The notes beneath the pieces were generated by a model. The model saw only the letters and a program-made list of their open reading frames with translations. It was not told the origin of the DNA and ran no database searches. The position numbers were made by a program, and so were the translations under genes. This document shows positions 1 through 9,807 of a DNA stretch of 64,000 nt, piece by piece (the stretch's first letter is position 1; each line of letters starts with the position of its first letter). This stretch comes from Candidatus Dormiibacterota bacterium (GTDB taxonomy: Bacteria; Chloroflexota; Dormibacteria; Aeolococcales; Aeolococcaceae), in the NCBI GenBank assembly GCA_963718525.1, contig OY970355.1, forward strand, positions 1,152,001-1,216,000, in the 5' to 3' direction.

Positions 1-1005
1 GACCGCAGCGTGGTATCCCGTCGTGCCCGCGCAGATCACCACCATGCCGCCGTTGTCGCAGACGAAGATGGATGTCGGGATCGTGTCCTCACCGGGATGC
101 TCGAACACGATCCTCGGATTCCGGCGTTCACCCAGCACGTCCCACAGGGCCTTGCCGAAGGCGCGCGCACCGGCGGACCACGTGGCGAATGCCGCATCGT
201 CGCGCCAATCGGGGATCACTCCCCAGTGGGAGAAGTCGCGTCTGTCGATGTAGCCGCGGGCGCCGAGCCCGATGCAGTACTCACCGCGTTCCGGACCGGA
301 TGTCACCGCGACCGGAATAGCTCCTTTGGCTTTGGCGATCTGGATGGCCTGCGAGCCGAGGCCGCCCGACCCGCCCCAGATCAGCACCACGTCGTTCTCG
401 GCAACCGCATGCGGATGCCACGAGCAGAGCATCCGATACGCGGTGGCACCGACCAGCGTGCACGCAGCCGCAGCGGCCCAGCTGAGGTCTGGGGCTTTGG
501 GGAGCAGCTGATGTGCCTGGACGAGCGTGTACTGCGCGAAGCTCCCCCAGTTCGTCTCGTATCCCCATATCCGTGCGCTCGGCGCGATGATCGGGTCGCC
601 GCCGGCGGTGATCCAGGGATCGGCCGCATCCCACATCCCGCAGTGCGCGACGACATGGTCGCCGACTCGAACGCTGTCGACTCCGTCGCCGACCGCCCAG
701 ACGATGCCCGCGGCGTCGCTGCCACCGATGTGGAATTCCTCGACCTCGCCGGCCTTGCGCCGCGCGGCGACGACATCGACGGGCCGTCCGAGCGCCGCCC
801 AGACGTTGTTGTAGTTGACCCCCGCAGCCATCACGTACACGAGCACCTGTCCGGGACCCGGCTGCGGCGTCGACACCGTCTCGCCCACGAACGCTGTTTG
901 AGGATCGCCATATCGCTCGGGCCGGATCACCTGGGCGTGCATCCTTGCCGGCACATCACCAAGGCGCGGCATCGAGCCGACGTCGGTCACATCCTGCATG
1001 GGCAT
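1..1005 (-). CDS. ccr: Crotonyl-CoA carboxylase/reductase (partial, 3' end runs off the window)
   Basis: Not in the ORF track. My translation of the minus strand from ATG 1005 gives [10 protein letters not shown]...[16 protein letters not shown]...[16 protein letters not shown]...[13 protein letters not shown]...[16 protein letters not shown]...[32 protein letters not shown], which are hallmark Ccr motifs. Confidence 0.9.
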   Translation of the reverse strand, partial: MPMQDVTDVGSMPRLGDVPARMHAQVIRPERYGDPQTAFVGETVSTPQPGPGQVLVYVMAAGVNYNNVWAALGRPVDVVAARRKAGEVEEFHIGGSDAAGIVWAVGDGVDSVRVGDHVVAHCGMWDAADPWITAGGDPIIAPSARIWGYETNWGSFAQYTLVQAHQLLPKAPDLSWAAAAACTLVGATAYRMLCSWHPHAVAENDVVLIWGGSGGLGSQAIQIAKAKGAIPVAVTSGPERGEYCIGLGARGYIDRRDFSHWGVIPDWRDDAAFATWSAGARAFGKALWDVLGERRNPRIVFEHPGEDTIPTSIFVCDNGGMVVICAGTTGYHAAV

Positions 1006-1037
1006 CGCGCTCCGACAATACAGGGACGGTCCAGCAC

Positions 1038-2291
1038 TCAGGGGTCGGTTCGATAGCGCCAGACGGACGGGAATGCGACAGCCGCGGCGCCAAGGCCCAC
1101 CAGGCACAGCGCACCGCCGGTGACGATCGCCACCTCAGCACCGAACGCATTCGCGACGATGCCCGTCTCAACGTCGCCGAGATTGGGGCCACCGTTGACC
1201 ACCATGAAGTGCAGGGAACTGAGCCGCCCGCGCAATTCGTTGGGGGCGATGCGCTGCATGATCGTCGACCGGCAGACAGCGCTGAACGCATCTGCGCCAC
1301 CGGCAACGGCGAGCAGCAGCAGGGCGATCCACAGCGTCGTCGTGAATCCGAAGCCGATGATCGCCACGCCCCAGGCGACTATGGCGATCACGATGATGCG
1401 GCCCAGCCGCTTGGATCGCGACACTGCGCCGCTTGCAAGCGCGGCCGTGACCGCGCCGCATCCGGGGGCGGCGTAGAGCAGGCCGAGCCCCTGTGCTCCC
1501 GCATGGAACGTCGTCACGGCGAGCAGCGGGAACACCGCGCGCGGAAGGCCGAAGATCATCGCGGCAAGATCCATCGCGAAACCGCCGAGGATCACAGGCT
1601 GGCGGCGGGCGAAGCTCACGCCGCGCACGATGGATGCGAGCGGCCGCTCTCGCTCAGTTGACCAGCGGCCCTGTGGCGGCAGCAGTGCCACCGCAGCGAG
1701 CGCCGCGCCGAAGGTGACCACGTCGACGGAGTACGCGGCGGGAAGACCGAGGTGGGCGATGACCAGTCCGCCGATCGCGGGCCCCGCGACGAGGGTCGTC
1801 TGAAAGAGGACGACGTTGAGCGAGAGCGCACCCGCCAGCCGGTCGACGCCGACAAGGTTCGGAATGATTGCGGTTCTGGTCGGAGCGTCGACGGCGCCAA
1901 CCAATGCGGCCAGCGCCACCACTGCGTAGATCTCGACCAGCGGGGGATGCCCGACGAAGGCACCCACTGCGAGCAACCCGGAACACAGTGCGAGCCCGAG
2001 CTGGGTCACGATCAGCACTCGGCGGCGGTCGAACCTGTCGGCGATCGCACCGCCCCCCAGTGAACCGCAGATCAGTGGCACCACCTGGACGATGCCGAGC
2101 AATCCGACATCGAGCGCCGAACGGGTCAGCGAGTACACCTGATATGGCACGGCGACCAGCGTGATCTGGCGGCCGGCCATGGAGATGAGCTGGCCGAACC
2201 AGAGCCGCCTGAACGGCTGTGACTCACGAAGCGATCGCGTGTCCACGGCGAGCGTTCGGAATGCCCGGCTCGCGTTCGGTCTGGAGCGCAC
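1038..2291 (-). CDS. MFS transporter (EntS/DHA3-like)
   Basis: About 12 hydrophobic segments, motif [18 protein letters not shown] start and late ELRGRL. Start placed at GTG 2291, 7 nt after a TAGCGT -10-like box; start uncertain. Confidence 0.85.
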   Translation of the reverse strand: MRSRPNASRAFRTLAVDTRSLRESQPFRRLWFGQLISMAGRQITLVAVPYQVYSLTRSALDVGLLGIVQVVPLICGSLGGGAIADRFDRRRVLIVTQLGLALCSGLLAVGAFVGHPPLVEIYAVVALAALVGAVDAPTRTAIIPNLVGVDRLAGALSLNVVLFQTTLVAGPAIGGLVIAHLGLPAAYSVDVVTFGAALAAVALLPPQGRWSTERERPLASIVRGVSFARRQPVILGGFAMDLAAMIFGLPRAVFPLLAVTTFHAGAQGLGLLYAAPGCGAVTAALASGAVSRSKRLGRIIVIAIVAWGVAIIGFGFTTTLWIALLLLAVAGGADAFSAVCRSTIMQRIAPNELRGRLSSLHFMVVNGGPNLGDVETGIVANAFGAEVAIVTGGALCLVGLGAAAVAFPSVWRYRTDP

Positions 2292-2354
2292 CTGGGCAAC
2301 GCTATCCTGTCCGCCGATGCCCACGATGCTGACACCCGCGTCGCGCGCCCCGTC

Positions 2355-3137
2355 ATGACGGCGCGCGACACCTGGAATCCAACCCAATACGAGCGTTTTC
2401 GCTCAGAGCGCGAGCAGCCGTTTCACGACCTGGTGGCGCTCATCACGCGACGTCCCGCCAATCGAGTTGTCGATCTCGGATGTGGCACGGGCGTGCTGAC
2501 CGCAGCCCTGCATCGCGAGCTCGGGGCGGAGTCAACCCTCGGAGTGGACTCGTCGGACGCCATGCTCAAGCGAGCTCGGACGCTCGACGTCCCGGGGTTG
2601 GACTTCGTGCACGGTGACATCGGCCAGTGGCGGCCGGAGGCCTCGTTCGATGTGGTCTTCTCCAACGCCGCGATCCAATGGTTGGGCGATCATCCCGCGC
2701 TGTTCGCGCGCCTCAGGGCGATGCTCGTCCCCGGAGGCGAACTGGCAGTCCAGGTGCCTGCCAACTTCGATCATCTCTCGCACAGGCTCGCTGCTGAGAT
2801 CGCTCGCGAGGAGCCTTTCATCGACGCCATGCGCGGCTACACCAGAACGTTCGCAGTGCTGCCACCCGAGGAGTACGCAACGCTCCTCCATCAACTCGGA
2901 TTCATCACGCAGTCGGTGCGGCTGCAGGTGTATGCCCACGTGCTGGAGTCGCCCGACTCGGTTGTCGAGTGGGTGCGCGGCACGCTGCTGACCGACTACG
3001 AGTTGCGCATGCCGGCTGCCCTGTATCAGGAGTTCGTCACGCGCTACCGTGAGCGGCTGAACGCTGCGCTCGGCGATCAGCGCCCGTTTTTCTACCCGTT
3101 CAAACGGATCCTGCTCTGGGGAAGGCTTCCAGGCTGA
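2355..3137 (+). CDS. tam: Trans-aconitate 2-methyltransferase-like SAM-dependent methyltransferase
   Basis: WNPTQYERFRSEREQPFHDL, VVDLGCGTG, DVVFSNAAIQW, LAVQVPANF, VVEWVRGT, YPFKRI. Confidence 0.8.
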   Translation: MTARDTWNPTQYERFRSEREQPFHDLVALITRRPANRVVDLGCGTGVLTAALHRELGAESTLGVDSSDAMLKRARTLDVPGLDFVHGDIGQWRPEASFDVVFSNAAIQWLGDHPALFARLRAMLVPGGELAVQVPANFDHLSHRLAAEIAREEPFIDAMRGYTRTFAVLPPEEYATLLHQLGFITQSVRLQVYAHVLESPDSVVEWVRGTLLTDYELRMPAALYQEFVTRYRERLNAALGDQRPFFYPFKRILLWGRLPG

Positions 3138-3163
3138 GCGACCGGTTCCGCGAGGAGCAGTGG

Positions 3164-3802
3164 ATGCAGATCAAGCGTCTCGACCTCGGCCATCTCACCG
3201 TCGCCACGCACGAGTGGCCGGTGCACGGGTACGTGATTCTGCATGACCAGCTCGGCGTCATCCTCGTCGACACCGGTTGCGGCGGCCCTGACGAGGTCCT
3301 CCGCTACTTCAAGGTCGTGAATCGCACCGTTGCCGATGCCCTCGCCGACCATGGGCTGGCACCGATCGACGTGAAGATGGTGATCAACACGCACCTGCAT
3401 TTCGACCACTGCGGGCAGAACCCGGCATTCGCCAACGCACCGCTGATGGTCCAGCGATCGGAGCACGATCGAATCCTTCGGGAGCGTGACGAGGTCACTG
3501 ACTGGATCGAGGCGTCGGGAATGCGGTTCGATCTCGTCGACGGCGATGTCGCCCTCGCGAACGACCTCAGCATCGCGACCACCCCTGGGCACACGGCCGG
3601 GCATCAATCAGTCATCGCAACGACGGAGCTCGGGACAGAGCTGTTCATCGGCGATGCCGCGTACACGCGGGCGATCTGGAATCACCCGGACATGTCGCGA
3701 CTTCCCGAGGGACAGGCTGACGACGTCGATGCGTGGCACCGATCGCTATCGGATTTGAAGAGCCTGGAGCCGGCGCGAGTTCACTTCTGCCACGACGGAT
3801 AA
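3164..3802 (+). CDS. Metallo-beta-lactamase-fold hydrolase, N-acyl homoserine lactonase-like family
   Basis: LVDTG, THLHFDHCG (HxHxDH), TPGHTAGHQS, GDA and terminal FCHD. Confidence 0.8.
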   Translation: MQIKRLDLGHLTVATHEWPVHGYVILHDQLGVILVDTGCGGPDEVLRYFKVVNRTVADALADHGLAPIDVKMVINTHLHFDHCGQNPAFANAPLMVQRSEHDRILRERDEVTDWIEASGMRFDLVDGDVALANDLSIATTPGHTAGHQSVIATTELGTELFIGDAAYTRAIWNHPDMSRLPEGQADDVDAWHRSLSDLKSLEPARVHFCHDG

Positions 3803-3818
3803 CGTGGGCCGGCCCGCG

Positions 3819-4439
3819 CTACGCGTCTGGATCGCTTCCGTCCCATTCCTCGAGAGGCCGCGACCACCATCCCCAGTCCGGACCGAGGCGCGGACGATCA
3901 GGCAGCGCGATCCGGCCGTTGCACCAGAGGAACGCGTCCTCGGGAGCGGCGTCAATGGGGAGCCGCATCGGGAACAGGCGCGTCACCACGCGCCCGCAGA
4001 GGTCGCCGGGCAGGGGAAACGGAACCCCGAAGCCGCGACCGATGTCCCAGGTGTGGACGAGCAGCTCGTCGCAAGACATCGCACTGTACCCGGTCCGTTC
4101 GGTCATGCCCGAGTTGTGCCACGAGCGCGCCTCCGGCGGCGCATCGCGGATCACCGCGGCGAGCATCGAGACGTTCGCCTCGAGGTTGTCGAGCAGCCCA
4201 TCGACGTCAAGACCGGGATTGACGTCCCGCCCGACAGCCAGCCGCCGCGTCGCCCTGCTCGCGAGGTGAGCCGCGTACACGAACTGAGCGTTGATCGCGT
4301 GGCGCAACGTCTCCTCGCAGTTCCATTCCAGATCGGGCACCGGCGCCTGCCAGTCGAGACCCCGCAAGGGTCTCAGGAATCCGAGGACCCGGTCACGCGT
4401 TGCCACCACGTCGGCGGCGGTGACCAGGTCGGTGGTCAA
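3819..4439 (-). CDS. Maleylpyruvate isomerase N-terminal (DinB/MDMPI superfamily) protein
   Basis: DWQAPVPDLEWNCEETLRH, ELLVHTWDIGRG, LWCNGRIALP. Probable TTG start at 4439, immediately after the pckA stop. Confidence 0.7.
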   Translation of the reverse strand: MTTDLVTAADVVATRDRVLGFLRPLRGLDWQAPVPDLEWNCEETLRHAINAQFVYAAHLASRATRRLAVGRDVNPGLDVDGLLDNLEANVSMLAAVIRDAPPEARSWHNSGMTERTGYSAMSCDELLVHTWDIGRGFGVPFPLPGDLCGRVVTRLFPMRLPIDAAPEDAFLWCNGRIALPDRPRLGPDWGWWSRPLEEWDGSDPDA

Positions 4440-4443
4440 GGGT

Positions 4444-6003
4444 TCACGCGACTGCGTCGACGATCTCCTCGCGAAGCCCGGGAAAGGTCGCGAGGTAGGC
4501 GTGCCGCTCCGCCTTGAGCTGCTCCACCAGGGTGCGGTACTCATCCATCCGACCCTGACGCTCGTACAGCTTTCGGGGCTGGAGGATCTCCGGGTCATCG
4601 AGGCCGGGAAGCACCGCGGCCACCTCATACCCGAAGTCGGGGTCCGTCTCCCACTCGATGGTGCCTTCCGAGATCGCCTTGACGATGGCGCTGGAGTAGG
4701 GGATCGACACCTTCTTGCCGCGCTCATCGTCATCGGTGCCGCCGACCCGGCCGGTGTTGAGCAGGTAGACCTGAAAGTTGCTGCTGTCCATCAACTCGAG
4801 GAACCGGTTTCCCTGCTGCTCGTGGCGAAGCGGGAAGAAGGGATTGGTGCCGGGAACGCGCAGGAACTTGCCGGCCTCCTCCTTGCCACCCGCTGATGTT
4901 CCCCGGGTCTCGCCGAGCATGAAGTAGAGCGCTGCCTGCTCTCGATTGAGGCGTGCCACTCCCGGGATCAGGTTGTCGTTGCGATTGAGGATCAGGAAGT
5001 GATCGACCGCCTTCACCTCGCGCGCGTCCTTGTGCCAGCCGAGGGCGTCCATGCGGAAGACGGCGCGACCATTGGGGGTATACGCGGTATCGAAGAAGTC
5101 GACTGCGCCGGCATCGTTCTGCGAGACGTTCTCGAGGTAGGCCTCCGGCTTGCAGACGGCGCCGAAGATGCTGGGCTCGAACTGCGGATCGAGCGCGAAC
5201 GTCTTGGCGAAGCAGCCGTTCTCGGTGGCCACGATTCGGCCGCCGGGATACAGCGCGACAAAGTCGTCCTGGACCGGCTTGCTGTCGTTCTGGCGCGTGA
5301 ATGTGGTGGTGGTCTTGCCTGTCCCCGACAGGCCGATGATCAGCAGCGCCTGGTCGCCGCGAGCGGTTGGAACCACCTTGCAGCCCGCGTGCAGCGACAG
5401 GCCGCCCCGGTCATAGGTGAGCTTGTTCCACATGCGCAGGCCGCCCTTCTTCGACTCGCCGAAGTAGTCGCTGTTCAGGATGCGCGTGACACCGGCTTCC
5501 AGGTCCACGGCGATGACCCGATCACTCGGGTATCCGGGAGCGTCAAGGTTGGGCGTGTAGATGACCGTCAGGACCGGCGCGAAATCAGGGCCGGGGTTCC
5601 CGGCATCGAAGTACAGCCAGTGCTGCATTCCCGCGATGTTGGCGTTGGCCGCTTCGATGTAGAGGCGCGCCGCAACGCGGTGCTCGGGGTCGTTGCCGAT
5701 GTACCCGTCGACGACGAGCATCTCCTGGTCGCGGATGTACGCGTCCTGGCGCTCGGCGACCTTCGCGCCGTCGGCGCGGCTCATCGTCTGGTCGGAGTGT
5801 TCCTCGGGATGGTCCGTGACCACGTAGGTGCTCGCCTTGCTTCTCGAGACGACCTTCGTCTGCACGTTGTAGTTGTCGAATTCGGTGTGCCGCGCGTTGG
5901 GCATCCGCGACGTCATGTCGCGCAACTCCGCAGGGGACGGGTTCCAGCGGACCCCGCGGGCGGCCGGAAGGGTGCTCGCGCGGGATTTGATGACGTCGGT
6001 CAT
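4444..6003 (-). CDS. pckA: Phosphoenolpyruvate carboxykinase (ATP)
   Basis: YFGESKKG, LHAGC, GLSGTGKTT, QDD, ENGCFAK, ENV, NGRA, YLLNTG; GGAGG RBS. Confidence 0.9.
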   Translation of the reverse strand: MTDVIKSRASTLPAARGVRWNPSPAELRDMTSRMPNARHTEFDNYNVQTKVVSRSKASTYVVTDHPEEHSDQTMSRADGAKVAERQDAYIRDQEMLVVDGYIGNDPEHRVAARLYIEAANANIAGMQHWLYFDAGNPGPDFAPVLTVIYTPNLDAPGYPSDRVIAVDLEAGVTRILNSDYFGESKKGGLRMWNKLTYDRGGLSLHAGCKVVPTARGDQALLIIGLSGTGKTTTTFTRQNDSKPVQDDFVALYPGGRIVATENGCFAKTFALDPQFEPSIFGAVCKPEAYLENVSQNDAGAVDFFDTAYTPNGRAVFRMDALGWHKDAREVKAVDHFLILNRNDNLIPGVARLNREQAALYFMLGETRGTSAGGKEEAGKFLRVPGTNPFFPLRHEQQGNRFLELMDSSNFQVYLLNTGRVGGTDDDERGKKVSIPYSSAIVKAISEGTIEWETDPDFGYEVAAVLPGLDDPEILQPRKLYERQGRMDEYRTLVEQLKAERHAYLATFPGLREEIVDAVA

Positions 6004-6153
6004 GACTCCTCCAATATCCCTGGGTCACGATCCCCCGCTCGGCCTCGATCGTCGTTCCAGGCAGGCTCTCCGGACCTCGCGAGCATAGCAAAGGGCCCCT
6101 CGAGATTGGCCCAGGCCACGGTTTGCGACGCCTCTGGTTGTAGGCTGTGACCG

Positions 6154-7113
6154 ATGACGCAGACCGCTCCCGCTCCAATCGCTGAGGCCACGTCGCTCCG
6201 CGAGAAATCCTGGGTGTTCTTCAATGGCGAGGTCGTCCATTACGCCGACGCCAAGGTCGGGTTGCTGACCCACGGGCTCAACTACGGCACCGGCGTGTTC
6301 GAGGGCATTCGCGCCTACTGGAACGAGGAGCGTGAGCAACTGTTCGCGCTGAGCCTCCCCGAGCACTACGAGCGCATGCTCCAGAACACGCGCGCCCTGC
6401 AGATGACGATTCCGTGGAGCGTCGAGGACCTGGTCGCGACGACGATCGATCTGTTGCGCCGCAACGAGTACCGTGAGGACACCTACGTCCGGCCGCTCTC
6501 GTTCAAGTCGGCCGAGATCATCGGCGTCAAGCTGCATGACGTTCCCGACAGCTTCGCGATCGTCACCGCTCCGATGGGGCTGTACGTCGGCAACGGCGGG
6601 ATCCGCTGCATGGTGTCGTCATGGCGACGCATCGACAACTCGATGGCACCGGTGCGGACCAAGTGCACCGGGCTGTATGTGAACTCCGCGCTGGCGAAGA
6701 GCGAAGCGCTGCAGAATGGCTTCGACGAGGCGATCATGCTCTCCGGCGACGGCCACGTCTGCGAAGGCAGCGCAGAGAACATCTTCATCGTGCGCAAGGG
6801 CGAGATCATCACGCCACCCCCTTCGGACAACATCCTCGAAGGCATCACCCGGGCATCCGTGATGCACCTGGTGCGCGAGGAGCTTGGCCTCGAGGTGCGC
6901 GAGCGCTCCATCGACCGCTCCGAGCTCTACGTCGCCGACGAGGTGTTCCTGGTGGGCACCGGAGCGCAGGTCGCGCCGGTGATCGAGATCGACCGCCGGC
7001 GTATCGGAGATGGTGAACCTGGTCCGCTGACGAATCGCGTCCAGGACACCTACCACAAGGTCGTGACGGGTCGGGACCCGAAATACGCGGCCTGGCTGAC
7101 CCCCGTCTACTGA
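6154..7113 (+). CDS. ilvE: Branched-chain amino acid aminotransferase
   Basis: HGLNYGTGVFEGIRAY, YVRP, PLP lysine in TKCTGLY, EGSAENIF, ILEGITR, ADEVFLVGTGAQ. Confidence 0.93.
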   Translation: MTQTAPAPIAEATSLREKSWVFFNGEVVHYADAKVGLLTHGLNYGTGVFEGIRAYWNEEREQLFALSLPEHYERMLQNTRALQMTIPWSVEDLVATTIDLLRRNEYREDTYVRPLSFKSAEIIGVKLHDVPDSFAIVTAPMGLYVGNGGIRCMVSSWRRIDNSMAPVRTKCTGLYVNSALAKSEALQNGFDEAIMLSGDGHVCEGSAENIFIVRKGEIITPPPSDNILEGITRASVMHLVREELGLEVRERSIDRSELYVADEVFLVGTGAQVAPVIEIDRRRIGDGEPGPLTNRVQDTYHKVVTGRDPKYAAWLTPVY

Positions 7114-7132
7114 CCCAGGCCGAGACCGCCGC

Positions 7133-8254
7133 TCAGGCGGCGCGCTGCAGCCAGCGCTCAGGATTGCGAAGCTCGTCCAGCGTCGGCATCATCTCCGCCG
7201 ACTCCCAGACGCGGTTCAGGGTATCGATCCCCGTCCGTTCCACCACCGCGACCGCGAAGTGCTCGCCCACCTCGTACTGGCGCATCTTCATCTCCAGGCC
7301 GGTGACGGCGAGCACGAGCCGCTCGATGGGTCCGCGCTGGCGCCGGCGCTGCTGCATCGCCGCCTCCAGCAGCTCGGACCCGCGTATCGCGGAGCGACCG
7401 GCCCGGTGCATCACGAAGTTGCTGTATCCCTCGAGCACGCTCATGATCGCCTGCACGTTGCGGACGGTCTGGACCTGAGCGCGAACGGTATCGGGCAGCT
7501 TGCGAACCAGCTGACTGGACGGAAGCAGCGTCTTGCCATCGGCAGAGAGGGCGTCGAGCATCAGCCCGCGCATCAGGCTCTCGAGATGATGACCCAGCCA
7601 CGGATGCATCTCGAACTGCCAGGCGTGGGTCAGCTCGTGCAGGATCAGCCAGGGGCGAAGGTCGGTACGGGCGAGATCGAGATCACGCTCGATCGCGGCG
7701 ATGTTCGGCTCCACGAGATAGAGGGCGCTCGCCTGTCGCGGCGTCTCCGGGAGGTCCTCGAGCGCGAGGACGGGGTCGTACTGCCCGAGGACGCGACGCG
7801 ACATCAGGCCGAACAGCTCGCCGACGTACCGGTCCAGCAGCCGCCGGCCCATCCCGGTCGCCAGCGATTCGGGGACAGTCGCGCGGATCCGCTCGACCGG
7901 GGCGAGGAGGCGCTGGACCATCCCGAGGTTGGCGTCGATGAAACCCCGGCGATCGAGGGCGACGAACCGCGGATACGTGGTCAGGGGCACCTGGCAAATC
8001 TCGGTGAGCAACGGCGCGACCCGCGCGGCCATCTCGGTGTACGCAGCCTCGAGCGCCTCCGCGTTGATCCCTGCACCGTCCCGGCCGCCGGAGCGCGACA
8101 CGGCGATGCGGCGAACGTCGTCCCAATCGACCAGCCGCCGAGGTGCCTTGAGCTGAGGGCGCAGGAGAACGCGGGCCGACAGCGCGGCTCCAGCGCCGAC
8201 CGCTCCCACGGCGAGCGTCCTCCGGACCACATGTCCTCGACTGGCGGGACTCAT
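7133..8254 (-). CDS. Zincin-like zinc-dependent metalloprotease family protein
   Basis: RRVLGQYD, WLILHELTHAWQF (HExxH), MSVLEGYS, KMRQYEVGEHF, PTLDELRNPERW. Confidence 0.8.
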   Translation of the reverse strand: MSPASRGHVVRRTLAVGAVGAGAALSARVLLRPQLKAPRRLVDWDDVRRIAVSRSGGRDGAGINAEALEAAYTEMAARVAPLLTEICQVPLTTYPRFVALDRRGFIDANLGMVQRLLAPVERIRATVPESLATGMGRRLLDRYVGELFGLMSRRVLGQYDPVLALEDLPETPRQASALYLVEPNIAAIERDLDLARTDLRPWLILHELTHAWQFEMHPWLGHHLESLMRGLMLDALSADGKTLLPSSQLVRKLPDTVRAQVQTVRNVQAIMSVLEGYSNFVMHRAGRSAIRGSELLEAAMQQRRRQRGPIERLVLAVTGLEMKMRQYEVGEHFAVAVVERTGIDTLNRVWESAEMMPTLDELRNPERWLQRAA

Positions 8255-8293
8255 GCCTCGATCATACGGGGGGATCGCCGTTCGCCCCGGTCG

Positions 8294-9139
8294 CTACATG
8301 GAGGAGCCCGACCGCCCGTCGATGTAGACGGGATGATCGGGAGGCTTGCCCTCCAGCCAGTAGGCATCGAGGCGCTCGTCGGTCCAGCCCCGCGCACGCA
8401 GGAAGGGCTCGTCGAGGATCTGCTGCCCCGTGAGCGACGGTGGCTCGGTGCTGACGATCTCCATCATCGCGTCGCAGAGGATGTCGGGCGAGCGCCACTG
8501 GCTGCGGTCGCCAAGGCCCCAGTTGATGCTCGCAAGGCTCTCGATGATCGTCACCGGCCAGAGGGAGTTGCCGGCGATGCCGTCGGCGGCATGCTCCGCA
8601 GCGATGCCGATGGCGAGCCGTGTCATCCCCATCTTGGTGGTCATGTAGGCGACGTGACCGGGGCTGGGCTGCGTGCTGATCGGCGGAGAGCAATTGATGA
8701 TGTGGCCCCAATGCTGCTCGACCATGTGGGGCAGGGCGTAGTACGCGCACAGGTACGCGGCACGAACGTTGATCTCCCACATCAGGTCATAGCGCTTTGG
8801 CGGCGTCTGCAAGATCGACTGCCACCAGAGGGCGCCTGCATTGTTGATGAGGATGTCGAGCCGGCCGAAGCGCTCGATCGTCGCCTCGACCATTGCCTTG
8901 ACCTCGTCCTCGTGGCGCACGTCGACACGCACCGCGAGCGCGGATCCCCCGGCAGCCTCGACCTCCGCCGCCACCGTGTGAATGCTTCCGGGAAGCTTGT
9001 CGGTGCCGCTCTCGGACTTGCCGGTGATCACGACGGAGGCCCCCTCGCGCGCTAGGCGGAGCGACATCGCCCGGCCGATCCCGCAACTCGATCCCGTGAC
9101 CAACGCCACGCGGCCGTCGAGTGGACGTGGGGCACTCAC
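8294..9139 (-). CDS. SDR oxidoreductase (HSDL2/citronellol dehydrogenase-like)
   Basis: TGSSCGIG, KLPGSIHTVAAE, NNAGA, YMTTK (YxxxK), NSLWP. GTG start overlaps the upstream stop (GTGA). Confidence 0.85.
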   Translation of the reverse strand: MSAPRPLDGRVALVTGSSCGIGRAMSLRLAREGASVVITGKSESGTDKLPGSIHTVAAEVEAAGGSALAVRVDVRHEDEVKAMVEATIERFGRLDILINNAGALWWQSILQTPPKRYDLMWEINVRAAYLCAYYALPHMVEQHWGHIINCSPPISTQPSPGHVAYMTTKMGMTRLAIGIAAEHAADGIAGNSLWPVTIIESLASINWGLGDRSQWRSPDILCDAMMEIVSTEPPSLTGQQILDEPFLRARGWTDERLDAYWLEGKPPDHPVYIDGRSGSSM

Positions 9140-9750
9140 GCGACGAAGTTCCTGATCGCGTCCACCAGCTCCGCGAGCTGGTCGGTCGGCGGGCCGGGCA
9201 TACGTCGCTGGAGGATGCTCAACACGCTCGTGTAGTACCAGAGTTGCTCGTGCGGATCCTCGACGGTGAAGCGCTGCCACACTGCCGCGCCTTCGGTACG
9301 AAGGTCGGCAAGGATCGAACCCGCGTTGTGGATCTTGTCGCACGCCGACACCAGGAGCGCATCGCGATCGGCGTCGCGCTCGAGGTGGTCGAGATATCGC
9401 TGTTTGCGCTCCTTCCATGGTGGTTTCGGCTCGCCCGGGACGGCGACGACGTCACTGCACGTCAGGACGATCCGCGCCACACGTGGGCCGAAGTCCTCCT
9501 CGAGGCGCCGAAGCATCGCGGCCCCGTCCTTCGAGTCCTCCACGGTGTCGTGAAGCAGCGCCGCGATTGCGACATCCTCATCCGCACCGTTCTCGAGCGC
9601 CAGCGCGCACACGGCCATGACGTGCGCCATGTATGGGATGCCGGTCTTCTTTCGCAGCTGGCGGCCGTGCACCTCCCACGCGACCACGAATGCCGAGGTG
9701 AACCGCTCGGTCAGCCGCGGGGCGGTGTTCGACTCCGGCACGCCGGTCAT
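9136..9750 (-). CDS. HD-domain small alarmone hydrolase (SpoT/Mesh1-like)
   Basis: AWEVHGRQLRKKTGIPYMAH, AALLHDTVED, FGPRVARIV, WKERK, ACDKIHN. Start could be 9774. Confidence 0.8.
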   Translation of the reverse strand: MTGVPESNTAPRLTERFTSAFVVAWEVHGRQLRKKTGIPYMAHVMAVCALALENGADEDVAIAALLHDTVEDSKDGAAMLRRLEEDFGPRVARIVLTCSDVVAVPGEPKPPWKERKQRYLDHLERDADRDALLVSACDKIHNAGSILADLRTEGAAVWQRFTVEDPHEQLWYYTSVLSILQRRMPGPPTDQLAELVDAIRNFVA

Positions 9751-9807
9751 TGTCCGTTGCGGCGGGCAGGTCATGAGGGTGCATGCGGTCTGGAGCCAGA
9801 ATGGGGC

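Noticed and set aside
10-1056. 348-aa plus-strand ORF
   Set aside because: Antisense shadow of ccr; Arg/His-rich with no motifs.
4999-6150. 383-aa plus-strand ORF
   Set aside because: Antisense shadow of pckA.
7259-9055. 598-aa plus-strand ORF
   Set aside because: Antisense shadow of the zincin and SDR genes, expected from high-GC codon bias.
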